A program made the translations under genes and the position numbers. From Alphaproteobacteria bacterium (GTDB lineage: Bacteria > Pseudomonadota > Alphaproteobacteria > JAAXGF01), in the NCBI GenBank assembly GCA_963555825.3, contig CAUVXB020000001.1:1408001-1472000 (forward strand): a stretch of 64,000 nt of DNA. Reading direction: 5' to 3'. Position 1 is the first letter of the stretch. The number at the start of each line of letters is the position of its first letter. The notes beneath the pieces were generated by a model. That model worked only from the letters and a program-made list of their open reading frames with translations, searched no databases and was not told where the DNA came from. Positions 1-9,604 of the stretch are shown one piece after another.

Positions 1-63
1 CGCCGTTCCCCGCTTCAGGATCTCGCGCCGGGTCATCCCGCGCGGGTTCGGTAGTGGTGTCAT
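1..63 (-). CDS. Tat-signal protein, 5' fragment (runs off the window edge)
   Basis: Not in the ORF track. Reads MTPLPNPRGMTRREILKRGTA with a twin-arginine motif (TRREILK) and a strong GAGGGAGGAG RBS; lies downstream of the VOC gene. Confidence 0.7.
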   Translation of the reverse strand, partial: MTPLPNPRGMTRREILKRGTA

Positions 64-132
64 CTCTCTCCTCCCTCTGTTCCCGGACAGGGCCCGGAAT
101 TGCGATCCGCGCACCCGGATGGGCGCGCGTCG

Positions 133-528
133 TCATTGGTATCGGCCATGCTTCTGCAGGACCTCGATTTCGTAGCCATCCGGGTCCTGGACGAAAAAGA
201 ACCGCGCCATCAGAGCGCCGCCGCGGTTGAACTCGACGATTTTTCGAGGTTCCAACCCCGACTCATCGAAGCGCGAATGCTCGACGTCGAGGTCGTCGAC
301 CGCGAAGGCGATATGGCCGTAGCCATTACCCGGATCATAGGGCTCGGTCGCACCCTTGTTGACGGTCAATTCGAGCTCGAAATCGGCCTCTGCGTTACGC
401 AGATAGACCAGTGTAAAGCTGTCGAAATCGTACCGGTCGGCGACCTCGAGCCGGAAGGCGGCCTTATAAAATTCGACCGAGCGTGCCTCGTCGAGCACGC
501 GAATCATCGAGTGGATGGCCTTTGCCAT
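133..528 (-). CDS. VOC/glyoxalase family protein (lactoylglutathione lyase-like)
   Basis: HSMIRV, ELELTVN, YGHIAF and DPDGYEIE motifs. Confidence 0.9.
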   Translation of the reverse strand: MAKAIHSMIRVLDEARSVEFYKAAFRLEVADRYDFDSFTLVYLRNAEADFELELTVNKGATEPYDPGNGYGHIAFAVDDLDVEHSRFDESGLEPRKIVEFNRGGALMARFFFVQDPDGYEIEVLQKHGRYQ

Positions 529-601
529 AATAGTCTTCGCTCACATATCCAACCGGGGAAAGTTTACGCCCCTCGGCCGGGCTGCGGGTGGTAGCGGACT
601 A

Positions 602-898
602 CTACGCCACCGCGATCTGCGCGGCCGGCGCCTGATGCGCCATCCGGCCCAGATGGACCAGGCCGGCGCAGCGTAGAAGCGAGGTGAAATTCCGCACCTC
701 GCCATGATGCTCGAGCACTTCCGAGTGCAGCTTCGAGATGAACAATGGCACGGAGAGATCCTCAGCCTCGGCGATATCGGTCAGCACGTCCCAGAAAGCG
801 CGCTCCAGCCGGATGCTCGTCGACTGGCCGTTAAGCCGGAGCGATCGGGTCTCATACTCATAGACTGCCGGATCCTGACCGGCGAACATCTGGCACAT
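602..898 (-). CDS. Ribbon-helix-helix (RHH_4-type) DNA-binding protein
   Basis: RSLRLNGQSTSIRLERAFW and NFTSLLR motifs; GGAGG RBS before the ATG at 898. Confidence 0.85.
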   Translation of the reverse strand: MCQMFAGQDPAVYEYETRSLRLNGQSTSIRLERAFWDVLTDIAEAEDLSVPLFISKLHSEVLEHHGEVRNFTSLLRCAGLVHLGRMAHQAPAAQIAVA

Positions 899-1109
899 GA
901 AAATTCCTCCCTGATTTTGGCAAGGATTATTGTTCACATTTGCCGTCAACGCAACAGGAGGTGGCGTTTGGGCGGGAACGGGAGAAGTTTCGACGACGTC
1001 TATAGGACCGCGTTCTTGCGGGTCCGCTAGCCGCCTGGAATGCTCCTGAGGGAAACTTGATCCAAGGCTCTGACAGCGCGGATCGCCGGTTCGCGCCTTA
1101 TACCAAGGA

Positions 1110-2588
1110 TCAGACGTCGTCGAGCGGCCAGACCGGGCGGCGGAGTTTCTTGAAGTCGAACTTGGTCAGGTCACGGGTCGCGAGGCTCCCTGAATCGACC
1201 AGCATGACGTCGCGCGCGATCGGCTCGAAGGCGGCGCGGAAATGGTGCGCCGACTTGACCGCGACGACGGCGCAGGCCGCCGGGTCGATGCCCTGGCTCA
1301 GGAACACCTGGCGATCGGTCACTTGTTGGTTGTTGGTGGCGATCACCGCGCGCACGCCGCCGACCCGGAGCACCGCCGTCGGCCCCATCGAACACGCCTC
1401 GCCGGTCAGCATCGGGCCGTCGCAGACGTAGGCGCCGTCGCTCAGCCGCTCGACCATGCCGGTGACGGCGAGCGGCGGGCCGTAATGCGCCGGATCGACC
1501 TTGGCGCCGAGCGAGAGCGTCACTTCGGCGCCCTCGCCCGCCGCCTGGCACGCCGCGACCGCCGCCGGGTCGGCGACGACGCCCAACACCGCGTTGTCTA
1601 GCCCGGCCTCGATCATCGCGGCGAGTAGGCGCACCGAATCACCGTAGCCGCCCGAGCCCGGGTTGTCGGTGAAGTCGGCCAGCACGAGCGGCGCGCCATC
1701 CGCCCCCGCCTTGGCCGCGGCGATGCCGTCGGCGATCTCGTGAATTGACACGGTGATCTCCTTGCGCGTCGCCCAGATGTCGGCCATCAGATCGTCGGCG
1801 ACGGCGCGGTAACGCGCGTCCTCGCCGTCGCCGACCACCGTCACGGTCGGCCCGGCGAAGGCGATGTCGGCGAAGGTGAATCCGGAGCAAACCGTGACCG
1901 CGAGCACGCCGGGATCGTGCGCGACGTGGCGCGCCGCCTTGTCGAGCAGCGCGACCATCGGCCCGAACTGGGTCTGGCCGTGATTACAGCCCTCGAAGAC
2001 GGCGCCGCGCACCACGGTCGCGCGCGGCTGGATGCGGCCCGCCATGGCGCCCTCGAGCAGATCGGCGGCCTCGCTGGCGATCTCGTACTGGTCGATATGC
2101 GGATAGGTGCGATAGGCCAGCACGATGTTGGCGAGCGCCGCCATCGCGTCGGACACGTTGGCGTGCAGGTCGAGCGTGATGGCGATCGGCACCGCGTCGC
2201 CGAGCCGGTCGCGCAGGCGGCGCAGCAGGTCGCCCTCGGCGTCGTCGTGGTCCTCGGTCACCATGGCGCCGTGCAGCGCCAGCAGCACGCCGTCGAACGG
2301 GCCGTCGTCGCAGGCCTCGATGACGGCGCCCGAGAGATGCGCCCAGGCCTCGGCCGTCGTCTTGCCCGACGGCGTCGCGCGCGCCGCGATCGGCTGCACG
2401 AGCCGCCAGCCGTGACGTTCGGCCGCATCGATATGGGCGGCGATCTCGGACGCCGTGCCGGCCATCGCGCGCGCGACATCGGCGTCCCGGTAGTAGAGCC
2501 GCGTACGATAGGAGTCGAGCGTCGTCGGCAGCACGCTGAACGTGTTGGTCTCGTGGCCGATCTCGGCTGACAGAACGCGTCGGGTCAT
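1110..2588 (-). CDS. M81 family metallopeptidase (MlrC-like)
   Basis: HETNTF, LHGAM, LDLHAN, YRTYPHID, DNPGSG and VKSAHHFRA motifs. Confidence 0.9.
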   Translation of the reverse strand: MTRRVLSAEIGHETNTFSVLPTTLDSYRTRLYYRDADVARAMAGTASEIAAHIDAAERHGWRLVQPIAARATPSGKTTAEAWAHLSGAVIEACDDGPFDGVLLALHGAMVTEDHDDAEGDLLRRLRDRLGDAVPIAITLDLHANVSDAMAALANIVLAYRTYPHIDQYEIASEAADLLEGAMAGRIQPRATVVRGAVFEGCNHGQTQFGPMVALLDKAARHVAHDPGVLAVTVCSGFTFADIAFAGPTVTVVGDGEDARYRAVADDLMADIWATRKEITVSIHEIADGIAAAKAGADGAPLVLADFTDNPGSGGYGDSVRLLAAMIEAGLDNAVLGVVADPAAVAACQAAGEGAEVTLSLGAKVDPAHYGPPLAVTGMVERLSDGAYVCDGPMLTGEACSMGPTAVLRVGGVRAVIATNNQQVTDRQVFLSQGIDPAACAVVAVKSAHHFRAAFEPIARDVMLVDSGSLATRDLTKFDFKKLRRPVWPLDDV

Positions 2589-2713
2589 GGCGAGCTCTCG
2601 CGACGTGATCGGGCCATTAGGCGATCCCATGTTAGCACGCACGGGCGGCGACACGGTTGCCATTCCCGACGATAGCCGCGATCATTCGGGCGGACACAAC
2701 CGGGACGCTCGAC

Positions 2714-3373
2714 GTGACCGAACAAGCTACCCAGGAACTGGCTACTCGCGTCGCCGCGTTGGCGACCAGCACGCTCGCCAACGCGCTCGACGAGGTCGGC
2801 CTCCACGCCAACGTCATGCCGTCGATCAAGCGCGTCGCGCCGGGCTTCCGCTTGGCCGGCCCGGCGGTAACGGTCAGGGAAGAGGTCGGTGATTACGGCA
2901 GCTTCGGCTCCGACGACTTCAAGGTCGGCGCCATGATCGACGCGGCGGAATCCGGCAACGTCATCGTCGTCGCGGCCGGCGGCGCCCCCTACTCGACCTG
3001 GGGCGGCATGGCGTCCTACGCGGCGAAGCTCAAGGGTATTGCCGGACTGGTCGTCGACGGCGGCGTGCGCGATCTCGAGGAGATCGTCGATTTCGGTTTC
3101 GCCGTCTTCGCCCGCCATATGGTGCCGACGACCGGGCGCACGCGGCTCAAGGTCGCGGCGATCAATGAACCGGTGGTGGTCGACGGCGTCAATGTCGCGC
3201 CCGGCGACGTCGTCGCCGCCGACGGCACCGGCATCGTCGTGCTGCCCGCCGCGCGGGCCGAGGAGATCACCAGGCTGGCCGAAGCCTTCGCGCGCGATGA
3301 CGCCGCGGCGATGGCCGAAATGGACAAGGGCCTCTCGTTCAGCGACGCGATGGCCAAGTTCAAGAAGATCTGA
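2714..3373 (+). CDS. RraA/HMG aldolase family protein
   Basis: AGPAVTV, WGG, GLVVDGGVRD and PGDVVAADGTG motifs; GTG start is an estimate. Confidence 0.85.
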   Translation: MTEQATQELATRVAALATSTLANALDEVGLHANVMPSIKRVAPGFRLAGPAVTVREEVGDYGSFGSDDFKVGAMIDAAESGNVIVVAAGGAPYSTWGGMASYAAKLKGIAGLVVDGGVRDLEEIVDFGFAVFARHMVPTTGRTRLKVAAINEPVVVDGVNVAPGDVVAADGTGIVVLPAARAEEITRLAEAFARDDAAAMAEMDKGLSFSDAMAKFKKI

Positions 3374-3377
3374 GCGC

Positions 3378-4964
3378 ATGGCGGGCACCCTGGCCGAAGC
3401 CATCGCCGAAGAACTCGTGGGACGCGGCGTCCGGCGCATTTTCGGCATCCCGGGCGGCGGCTCGAACCTCGAGCTGATCGAGGCCGTCGGCCGGCGTGGC
3501 ATCGAATTCGTGCTGACCCGTACCGAAACCGCGGCGGCAATCATGGCCGCGGTCACCGGCGAGCTGACCGGCGTGCCCGGCGTCGCGTTGACCGGCGTCG
3601 GCCCGGGCGCAGCGAGCGCGGTCAACGGCGTCGCCTACGCCGCGCTCGAGCGCGCGCCGATGATCCTGTTCACCGACGGGCCGGCCGCCTCGCAACATCA
3701 GGCGTTCGACCAGAACACGCTGTTCCGGCCGGTCAGCAAAGCACAGGCGCGATTGCGCCCCGATGACGGCCGTGGGCGGCTCGCCGAGTTGATCGACGAC
3801 GCCTGCCGGCTACCGCGCGGACCAGTCCACGTCGATCTGACCGAGTCCGACGCGCGGGCCGTCGCCACCGACAGCCGCCCGGAACCGGTCGCCTCCGTGC
3901 CCGCGCTGATCGACGGGGACGCACTCGAGAGCGCACGGGCGCTGATCAGCGCGAGCCGCCGGCCGGTCATCATCGCCGGCATGGAGGCGCGCTACGCCGA
4001 CGCTGACGCCACGCTCGGGCGCCTCGCCGACGCGCTCGGTTGCCCGGTCCTGCTGACGTACAAGGCCAAGGGCTGCCTTGCCGACGCCGATCCGCACATG
4101 GTCGGCCTGTTCACCGGCGCGAGCGCCGAGGCGGCGTGTCTGGGGCGCGCCGACCTCATCGTGCTGTACGGCTTCGATCCGGTCGAGAAAATCCCCAGTC
4201 CCTGGTACTACACGGCCCAGGTGCTCGATTTATTTCCGGGGCCCAAGGCGCCCAACCCGATGGTGACTGCGGCAACCTTGACCGCGCCCCTGAGCGACGC
4301 GGTCGAGATACTGCTGTCGGCGGCGACGCCGTCGGACTGGACCGGCGAAGACATCGCAGAGCTGCGCCGCGATTTGCGCGACCGCCTGGCGCTCGCCGGT
4401 GACGGCCATACCGTGGCGACGGTCGTCGACGCGCTTGCCGCCAGGGCGCCCGACGGTTGCCGGCTGACCGTCGATGCCGGTGCGCATATGTTTTCGGCTA
4501 TGGGGCTCTGGCAGGCCACCGCGCCGCATGACGTTCTCAAGTCCAACGGCCTCTCGACGATGGGTTTCGCAGTGCCCGCGGCGATCGCGGCGGCGCTCGA
4601 AACACCCGAGCGGCCAGTCGTCGCGCTGACCGGCGATGGCGGTTTGATGATGTGCCTCGGCGAACTGGCGACGGCGGCCGAACACGACCTCAAGGTCGTG
4701 ACGATCGTGCTCAACGACGGCGCGTTGTCGCTGATCGACATCAAGCAACAGAGCCGCCAGCACCCAGTGGCAGGCGTGCGCTATCCGACAATCGATTTCG
4801 CCGTCGCGGGGCTGGCGATGGGCTGTGCCGCATGGCGCGTCGGTCGCGGCGAACCGTTGGCTGACGTCATCACAGAAGCGTTCGAAGCCGCGGGGCCGGC
4901 ACTCATCGACGTCGACGTCGATCCGGTCGGCTACGGCGATCAGCTTTCGGCGCTGCGCGGCTGA
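3378..4964 (+). CDS. Thiamine-diphosphate-dependent enzyme (acetolactate synthase-like)
   Basis: FGIPGG, GPGAASAVNG and GDGG...ND ThDP-binding motif. Confidence 0.9.
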   Translation: MAGTLAEAIAEELVGRGVRRIFGIPGGGSNLELIEAVGRRGIEFVLTRTETAAAIMAAVTGELTGVPGVALTGVGPGAASAVNGVAYAALERAPMILFTDGPAASQHQAFDQNTLFRPVSKAQARLRPDDGRGRLAELIDDACRLPRGPVHVDLTESDARAVATDSRPEPVASVPALIDGDALESARALISASRRPVIIAGMEARYADADATLGRLADALGCPVLLTYKAKGCLADADPHMVGLFTGASAEAACLGRADLIVLYGFDPVEKIPSPWYYTAQVLDLFPGPKAPNPMVTAATLTAPLSDAVEILLSAATPSDWTGEDIAELRRDLRDRLALAGDGHTVATVVDALAARAPDGCRLTVDAGAHMFSAMGLWQATAPHDVLKSNGLSTMGFAVPAAIAAALETPERPVVALTGDGGLMMCLGELATAAEHDLKVVTIVLNDGALSLIDIKQQSRQHPVAGVRYPTIDFAVAGLAMGCAAWRVGRGEPLADVITEAFEAAGPALIDVDVDPVGYGDQLSALRG

Positions 4965-4973
4965 AGCGCCGCG

Positions 4974-5099
4974 CTATTCCTTGAGCTTCGCGAGCACCGC
5001 CTCGATGGCGGCGGCGCGTTGTTCGAGCGTATCGATCTCGTCGATCAGTTGCGCCTTCGTCATGCGAAGGCGGCGCTCCCTGAGCATGGCTGTATCCAT
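4974..5099 (-). CDS. 41-aa coiled-coil microprotein
   Basis: MDTAMLRERRLRMTKAQLIDEIDTLEQRAAAIEAVLAKLKE; GAGGAG RBS, GC3-rich codons, heptad pattern; below the ORF-track cutoff. Confidence 0.6.
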   Translation of the reverse strand: MDTAMLRERRLRMTKAQLIDEIDTLEQRAAAIEAVLAKLKE

Positions 5100-5204
5100 C
5101 ACGGCGCGTCTCCTCGCAAACCGTCGTAATCAAAGGGAATTCGTGAGCCCGGACGTTATCACATCGGGCCATTTGCAGGGAACGTCAGGCGTCACACCCG
5201 GGCC

Positions 5205-5255
5205 AGTACTCCCTGGCACGATTCCGCGGCACGTAGGATCGTGCAAGTGAGTACT
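5205..5255. repeat. Collapsed (internally deleted) copy of the type-A palindromic element
   Basis: Left TIR (2 differences) fused to the last 17 bp of the right TIR of 22920-23180; overlaps the TAG stop of the threonine synthase gene. Confidence 0.8.
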
Positions 5256-6492
5256 AGAGCGCCGCGTAGTCGATCGGCTCGCCTTTGTTGATGCGGCGCG
5301 TGACCGGCGGCATCGGGTATTTGAGGCCCGAGCCGCAGTTGAACAGCACCGCCGATTCGTCGGCGCCGATGCGGCCGTCGGCGAGCGCCGCCTTGTAGGC
5401 CGCGTAGGTCGCCGCGCCCTCGGGACAGAGATGCATGCCTTCCTCGGCGGCGACCTCGGCGCGCGACGCTTCGATCTCCGCGTCGGGCACGGCGATGGCG
5501 AAGCCGCCGCTCTCGCGCACCGCGCGCAGGATCAGGAAGTCGCCGACCGCGACCGGCACGCGCACGCCGGCGGCGATGGTCTGCGCGTTCTCCCACGGCT
5601 CGGCGAATTCGTCGCCTTGCTCCCAGGCGCGCACGATCGGCGCGCAGCCGGTCGACTGCACGGCGACCATGCGCGGACGCTTGTCGTCGATCCAGCCCAT
5701 CTTGCCGAGCTCGTCGAACACTTTCCACATGCCGATCAGCCCGGTGCCGCCACCGGTCGGGTAGAGGATGACGTCGGGCAGCTGCCAGCCGAGCTGGTCG
5801 GCGAGCTCGAGCCCCATGGTCTTCTTGCCCTCGATGCGGTAGGGCTCCTTGAGGGTCGAGGCGTCGAACCAGCCCATCGCCTCCTTGCCGTCGCCGACGA
5901 TCTTGCCGCAGTCGTTGATCAGGCCGTCGACGATGCGCACCACCGTGGCGCCCTGAAAGGCGATCTCGCTGATCGCGATCTCGGGCGCGTCGTCGGGCAG
6001 AAAGACATAGGATTCCATGCCCGCGCGGCTGCAATAGGCGGCCAGCGCGGCGCCCGCGTTGCCGGCGGTCGGTATCGCCATGCGCGTGACGCCCAGCTCC
6101 TTGGCCATCGACACCGCCATGCCGAGGCCGCGCGCCTTGAACGAGCCGGTCGGCAGGCGCCCCTCGTCCTTGGTCGAGAGCGGACCGCCGCCGAGCTTGG
6201 CGCGCAGCCGCGGCAAGTCGATGACCGGCGTCGCGATCTCGCCGAGCGAGACGATGTTCGCGGCGCGCCGGACCGGCAGGAACTCGCGATAGCGCCACAT
6301 GTCGGCCGGGCGCGCCGCGATCGTCGCCTTGTCGATCGCCTCGGCCAGCGCGTCGAGGTCATAGCGCACCAACAGCGGCTTGCCCGCCCGTGACAGGCCC
6401 TGAAGTGTATCCGCCTCATAGCGCTCGCCGGTCAGTCCGCATTCCAAATGGGTGACGAAGGTTGGGCGCTCTTCGGTGGTATTGATGCTCAT
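5254..6492 (-). CDS. thrC: Threonine synthase-like PLP enzyme
   Basis: PTGSFKARG, TAGNAG, EGKKT, YPTGGGTG and CPEGAA motifs. Confidence 0.85.
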   Translation of the reverse strand: MSINTTEERPTFVTHLECGLTGERYEADTLQGLSRAGKPLLVRYDLDALAEAIDKATIAARPADMWRYREFLPVRRAANIVSLGEIATPVIDLPRLRAKLGGGPLSTKDEGRLPTGSFKARGLGMAVSMAKELGVTRMAIPTAGNAGAALAAYCSRAGMESYVFLPDDAPEIAISEIAFQGATVVRIVDGLINDCGKIVGDGKEAMGWFDASTLKEPYRIEGKKTMGLELADQLGWQLPDVILYPTGGGTGLIGMWKVFDELGKMGWIDDKRPRMVAVQSTGCAPIVRAWEQGDEFAEPWENAQTIAAGVRVPVAVGDFLILRAVRESGGFAIAVPDAEIEASRAEVAAEEGMHLCPEGAATYAAYKAALADGRIGADESAVLFNCGSGLKYPMPPVTRRINKGEPIDYAAL

Positions 6493-6645
6493 GCTTGGCT
6501 CCCGGTCTGTTGGCTACCCCCGACCCTAGACATTCGCCAAGGGGGCGACAACGGTGAAGCGGCTGATCACGGTGAATTCAATTGACCGGGTCGGCGCCAA
6601 GGACTTGAATAACCGCTCGTGCTTCGAAGTCCGGGGACCTCGACC

Positions 6646-6906
6646 ATGACCAATCGCCTGATTCTGCCCCTTGCCGTTGCCGCCGTCGGCCTCGTGACTT
6701 TCGGCCTGCCGCTCGCCGTCAACGCCGCCGACGAGACCTGCAGTTGCTCGGCGCGCAAGGAATGGGTCGCGATCCGCGCCGCCGAGATGCGCGCCGAACG
6801 CGAAGCGGCGGCCAAGGCCGAGGCGGAAGCCGTCGCCGAGAAGGCGGCAGCCGAAGAACAGACCAGCGCGACCGAGCCGCAGGCCGCGTCGCAAAGCGGC
6901 GGCTGA
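6646..6906 (+). CDS. Small exported protein (signal peptide, CxC, Ala/Glu-rich helix)
   Basis: Hydrophobic N-terminus ending VNA|A, then TCSC and an EAAAK-like helical tail. Confidence 0.55.
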   Translation: MTNRLILPLAVAAVGLVTFGLPLAVNAADETCSCSARKEWVAIRAAEMRAEREAAAKAEAEAVAEKAAAEEQTSATEPQAASQSGG

Positions 6907-6945
6907 ACGGTCGCCCCCTTACAACGCCGAGAGGAGGCGTTCGAA

Positions 6946-7134
6946 ATGAGCAAACTCACGATCCCCGTTGTGGCCGCCGTGCTCGTCGGGTTTACCGCGC
7001 CGGCGTTCGCCGGCGAGGGAGGCTGCGGCAGTTACGACGACTCCCAATCGGTGTCGTTACCGCAGCCCGTCGAAACCGCCGATCAGTCGACGCCGGCGCC
7101 TGCCCCGACCACCAAGGACGAGTCGAGCGGCTAG
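6946..7134 (+). CDS. Small exported protein
   Basis: GAGGAGG RBS; signal peptide ending AFA|G; low-complexity acidic tail. Confidence 0.65.
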   Translation: MSKLTIPVVAAVLVGFTAPAFAGEGGCGSYDDSQSVSLPQPVETADQSTPAPAPTTKDESSG

Positions 7135-7214
7135 CGCTTTCCGGGCCGCATGCCGGCCCGAAGGAAATCTCTTCCCAGGCGGCCCACGCGTTCGCCAGTA
7201 ACAGGGTGACTGCA

Positions 7215-7931
7215 ATGGCGCCGCCGAAGGCCATCTTCCTCGACCTCGACGATACGCTGATCTTCAGCAACGGGCTGCCCGAGCAGGCTTGGCGACTGGT
7301 ACTTGCCGGGTTCGCCGACCGGTTTCCTCGTCGCGACGTCGCGGAGATCCGTGATGCAATCATGGCGGCGTCCAGATGGTTCTGGTCGGAACCGACGCGC
7401 CACCGAACAGGCCGCTGCGACCTGCCCGTCGCGCGTCGCACCATCGTCGGCAACGCGTTCGAGGCGCTCGGCATCGACGACACCGAACTCGCCGACGAGT
7501 TGGCCCGCACGTTCAACGCCCATCGCAAGCGCGCGATGCGGCTCCATCCCGGCGTGCACGAGACATTGGACGCGCTCGCCGGCCGCGGCTTGAAGCTCGC
7601 CCTGGTGACCAACGGCGCCGGCGCGCCACAGCGCGAGAAGATCGCGTGCTTCGACCTCGGCCACCGCTTCGATCATATTCTGATCGAAGGCGAGTTCGGT
7701 ATCGGTAAGCCCGAGCCGCGCGTTTACGAGTTCCTGATGGACCTGTTCGGTGTTGGCGCCCATGAGACATGGATGGTCGGCGACAACCTCGAATGGGAGG
7801 TCGCGGCGCCCCAGCGCCTCGGCATCCTGAGCATCTGGTGCAACCCGCTGGGCGCGCCCTTGCCGGCCGGCAAGGGCATCCGCCCCGACCACGTCATCGG
7901 CGGCGTGCCCGAGCTGTTGGCGCTGTTGTAG
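7215..7931 (+). CDS. HAD family hydrolase
   Basis: DLDDTL, VTNG, KPEP and VGDN motifs. Confidence 0.9.
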   Translation: MAPPKAIFLDLDDTLIFSNGLPEQAWRLVLAGFADRFPRRDVAEIRDAIMAASRWFWSEPTRHRTGRCDLPVARRTIVGNAFEALGIDDTELADELARTFNAHRKRAMRLHPGVHETLDALAGRGLKLALVTNGAGAPQREKIACFDLGHRFDHILIEGEFGIGKPEPRVYEFLMDLFGVGAHETWMVGDNLEWEVAAPQRLGILSIWCNPLGAPLPAGKGIRPDHVIGGVPELLALL

Positions 7932-7940
7932 GGAATCTTC

Positions 7941-8549
7941 GTGACAGGCGAGGCTCCCACAGTTATCCGCGCATTCCAGCCGACCGACGCCGAGGCGGTC
8001 CGCCGTCTCTTCATCCGGGTCAACAGGGATCTCGCGCCGCCGGATCAACGCGCGGCGTTCGAGACCTACATCGAGGCCTCGCTTGGCGACGAGATCGACC
8101 GGATCGACGACTACTACCGTCGCGACAGGGGCGGCGAGTTCTGGGTCGTCCGCCGAGGCGGCGGGCTCGCCGGCATGTTCGGCGTCGAGCGGCTGGACCC
8201 ACGTCGTGCCGAGCTTCGCCGGATGTACGTCACGCCCGAGTTCCGCCGGCAAGGGATCGCCCGGCAAATGCTCGACCATGCCGAGCGATACTGTCGTGAC
8301 GCCGGATTCGAAGAGCTAGTCTTGAGCACTTCCGAGGTCCAAATGGCCGCCCTGGCATTCTACCGCGCGGCGGGCTACCGACAGACCGGCGAAGAACGCG
8401 CCGAGACGCGATCGAACAAGACGGTCGGCGGCGGCATAAGACGCTTCCATTTCGTCAAGCCGCTCAAGCCGTCGTTGCCCGACACCGTCAGGGCCGCGGC
8501 GCCCGCTGCTCTTCGCGCGCGAGGTCGGAGGCCCAGCGGCGCGTCGTGA
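7941..8549 (+). CDS. GNAT family N-acetyltransferase
   Basis: ELRRMYV, RRQGIA and ALAFYRAAGY motifs. Confidence 0.9.
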   Translation: MTGEAPTVIRAFQPTDAEAVRRLFIRVNRDLAPPDQRAAFETYIEASLGDEIDRIDDYYRRDRGGEFWVVRRGGGLAGMFGVERLDPRRAELRRMYVTPEFRRQGIARQMLDHAERYCRDAGFEELVLSTSEVQMAALAFYRAAGYRQTGEERAETRSNKTVGGGIRRFHFVKPLKPSLPDTVRAAAPAALRARGRRPSGAS

Positions 8550-9108
8550 CGGGGCCGCGGTCGAACAGGCCGGCCTGGTTGCCCCACGCGTCCCAGCCGG
8601 CGTGGCGCTTGCGCGCGAACATCTCGAGGTAGGGGCCGGGCGTCAGACGCTCGATACGGTCGTAGACCTCGTCGGGCTTGCGGCTGTGCTCGCGCCGGGG
8701 CGCGACGACCAGACGCCGGACGTCCTTGGCTTGGCGTTGCGGATGGCCACGCGTCGCCAACAGGCACTGCTCGGGATTGGCGCGCGTCCAATAGCCGAGG
8801 CCGGTGAACCAGCCCTCGCTGACGCGGTTGCGCTTGGCCCAATAGAAGCCGACCGTCTTGTAGGTGAAACCCCAACGCTTGATCAGCTCGAGGCCCTTGG
8901 GCAGCAACGGGTCGGTAACCCACAGAAGCAGCACCGCGTCGGGCGCCGCCCAGTCGGTAACCGGGATGTCGCAGATGTCGTCGAAGCTCATGCAATTGTA
9001 ATGCGCCTCGGGGCTGCGGCCCTTGCCCTTGGCGCTGTAGGTCGCGAAGGTCCAGGGCGGGTCGGCGTAAATGACGCCGTAGTGACGGCGTCGCGGCATA
9101 TTCAACAT
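8488..9108 (-). CDS. MT-A70 family N6-adenine methyltransferase
   Basis: IYADPPW catalytic motif; LLLWV, WGF.YKT, HSRKP and LEMFAR motifs. Confidence 0.9.
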   Translation of the reverse strand: MLNMPRRRHYGVIYADPPWTFATYSAKGKGRSPEAHYNCMSFDDICDIPVTDWAAPDAVLLLWVTDPLLPKGLELIKRWGFTYKTVGFYWAKRNRVSEGWFTGLGYWTRANPEQCLLATRGHPQRQAKDVRRLVVAPRREHSRKPDEVYDRIERLTPGPYLEMFARKRHAGWDAWGNQAGLFDRGPVTTRRWASDLAREEQRAPRP

Positions 9109-9416
9109 GTTGTGGTCTGACCGGCTGATGACACAAAAGAGTCTTGAATCAGAATAACTTGCATACGCGACTTCGAGTCGCAACTCAAGGTAATTTCGTG
9201 TTTTCAGTCGTTCTGCACCCATCGGCTGGAACTACGGATATTCTTTCCCATGGTGTCGTTCTCCCTCTTGGGTTTGCAGCGGCGGCATTTTCGCAAGGTT
9301 CGCCTTGAACAACGGCGCACAAATGAGCGACGATGGCCGCGCGCAAATTCACGCATTCGGTTGGTTTGGAGAGATGGATGACCAGTCCCGCGGGTGTGGG
9401 TCTGGTATGGAAAATC

Positions 9417-9429
9417 TAAGTCATTGATT
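9417..9429 (-). promoter_or_regulatory. IHF-consensus site inside the IS end (also at 36464-36476)
   Basis: AATCAATGACTTA matches WATCAANNNNTTR. Confidence 0.5.
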
Positions 9430-9604
9430 TAGTGCGTTTTTTGTGTCGAGACGAACGGCCGAAATCGGCTATTCGTGACAATGGGCCGCTCCAAGGCAGG
9501 ATTTTGTTACGACGGCAGGGTCGAGCAGGGGAAGGTGGGAACGCTCCGCACCGCCAGAAGCGGTACGATGCCGTGTCTCGAAACCCAACATCGGGAGCAT
9601 TCCC

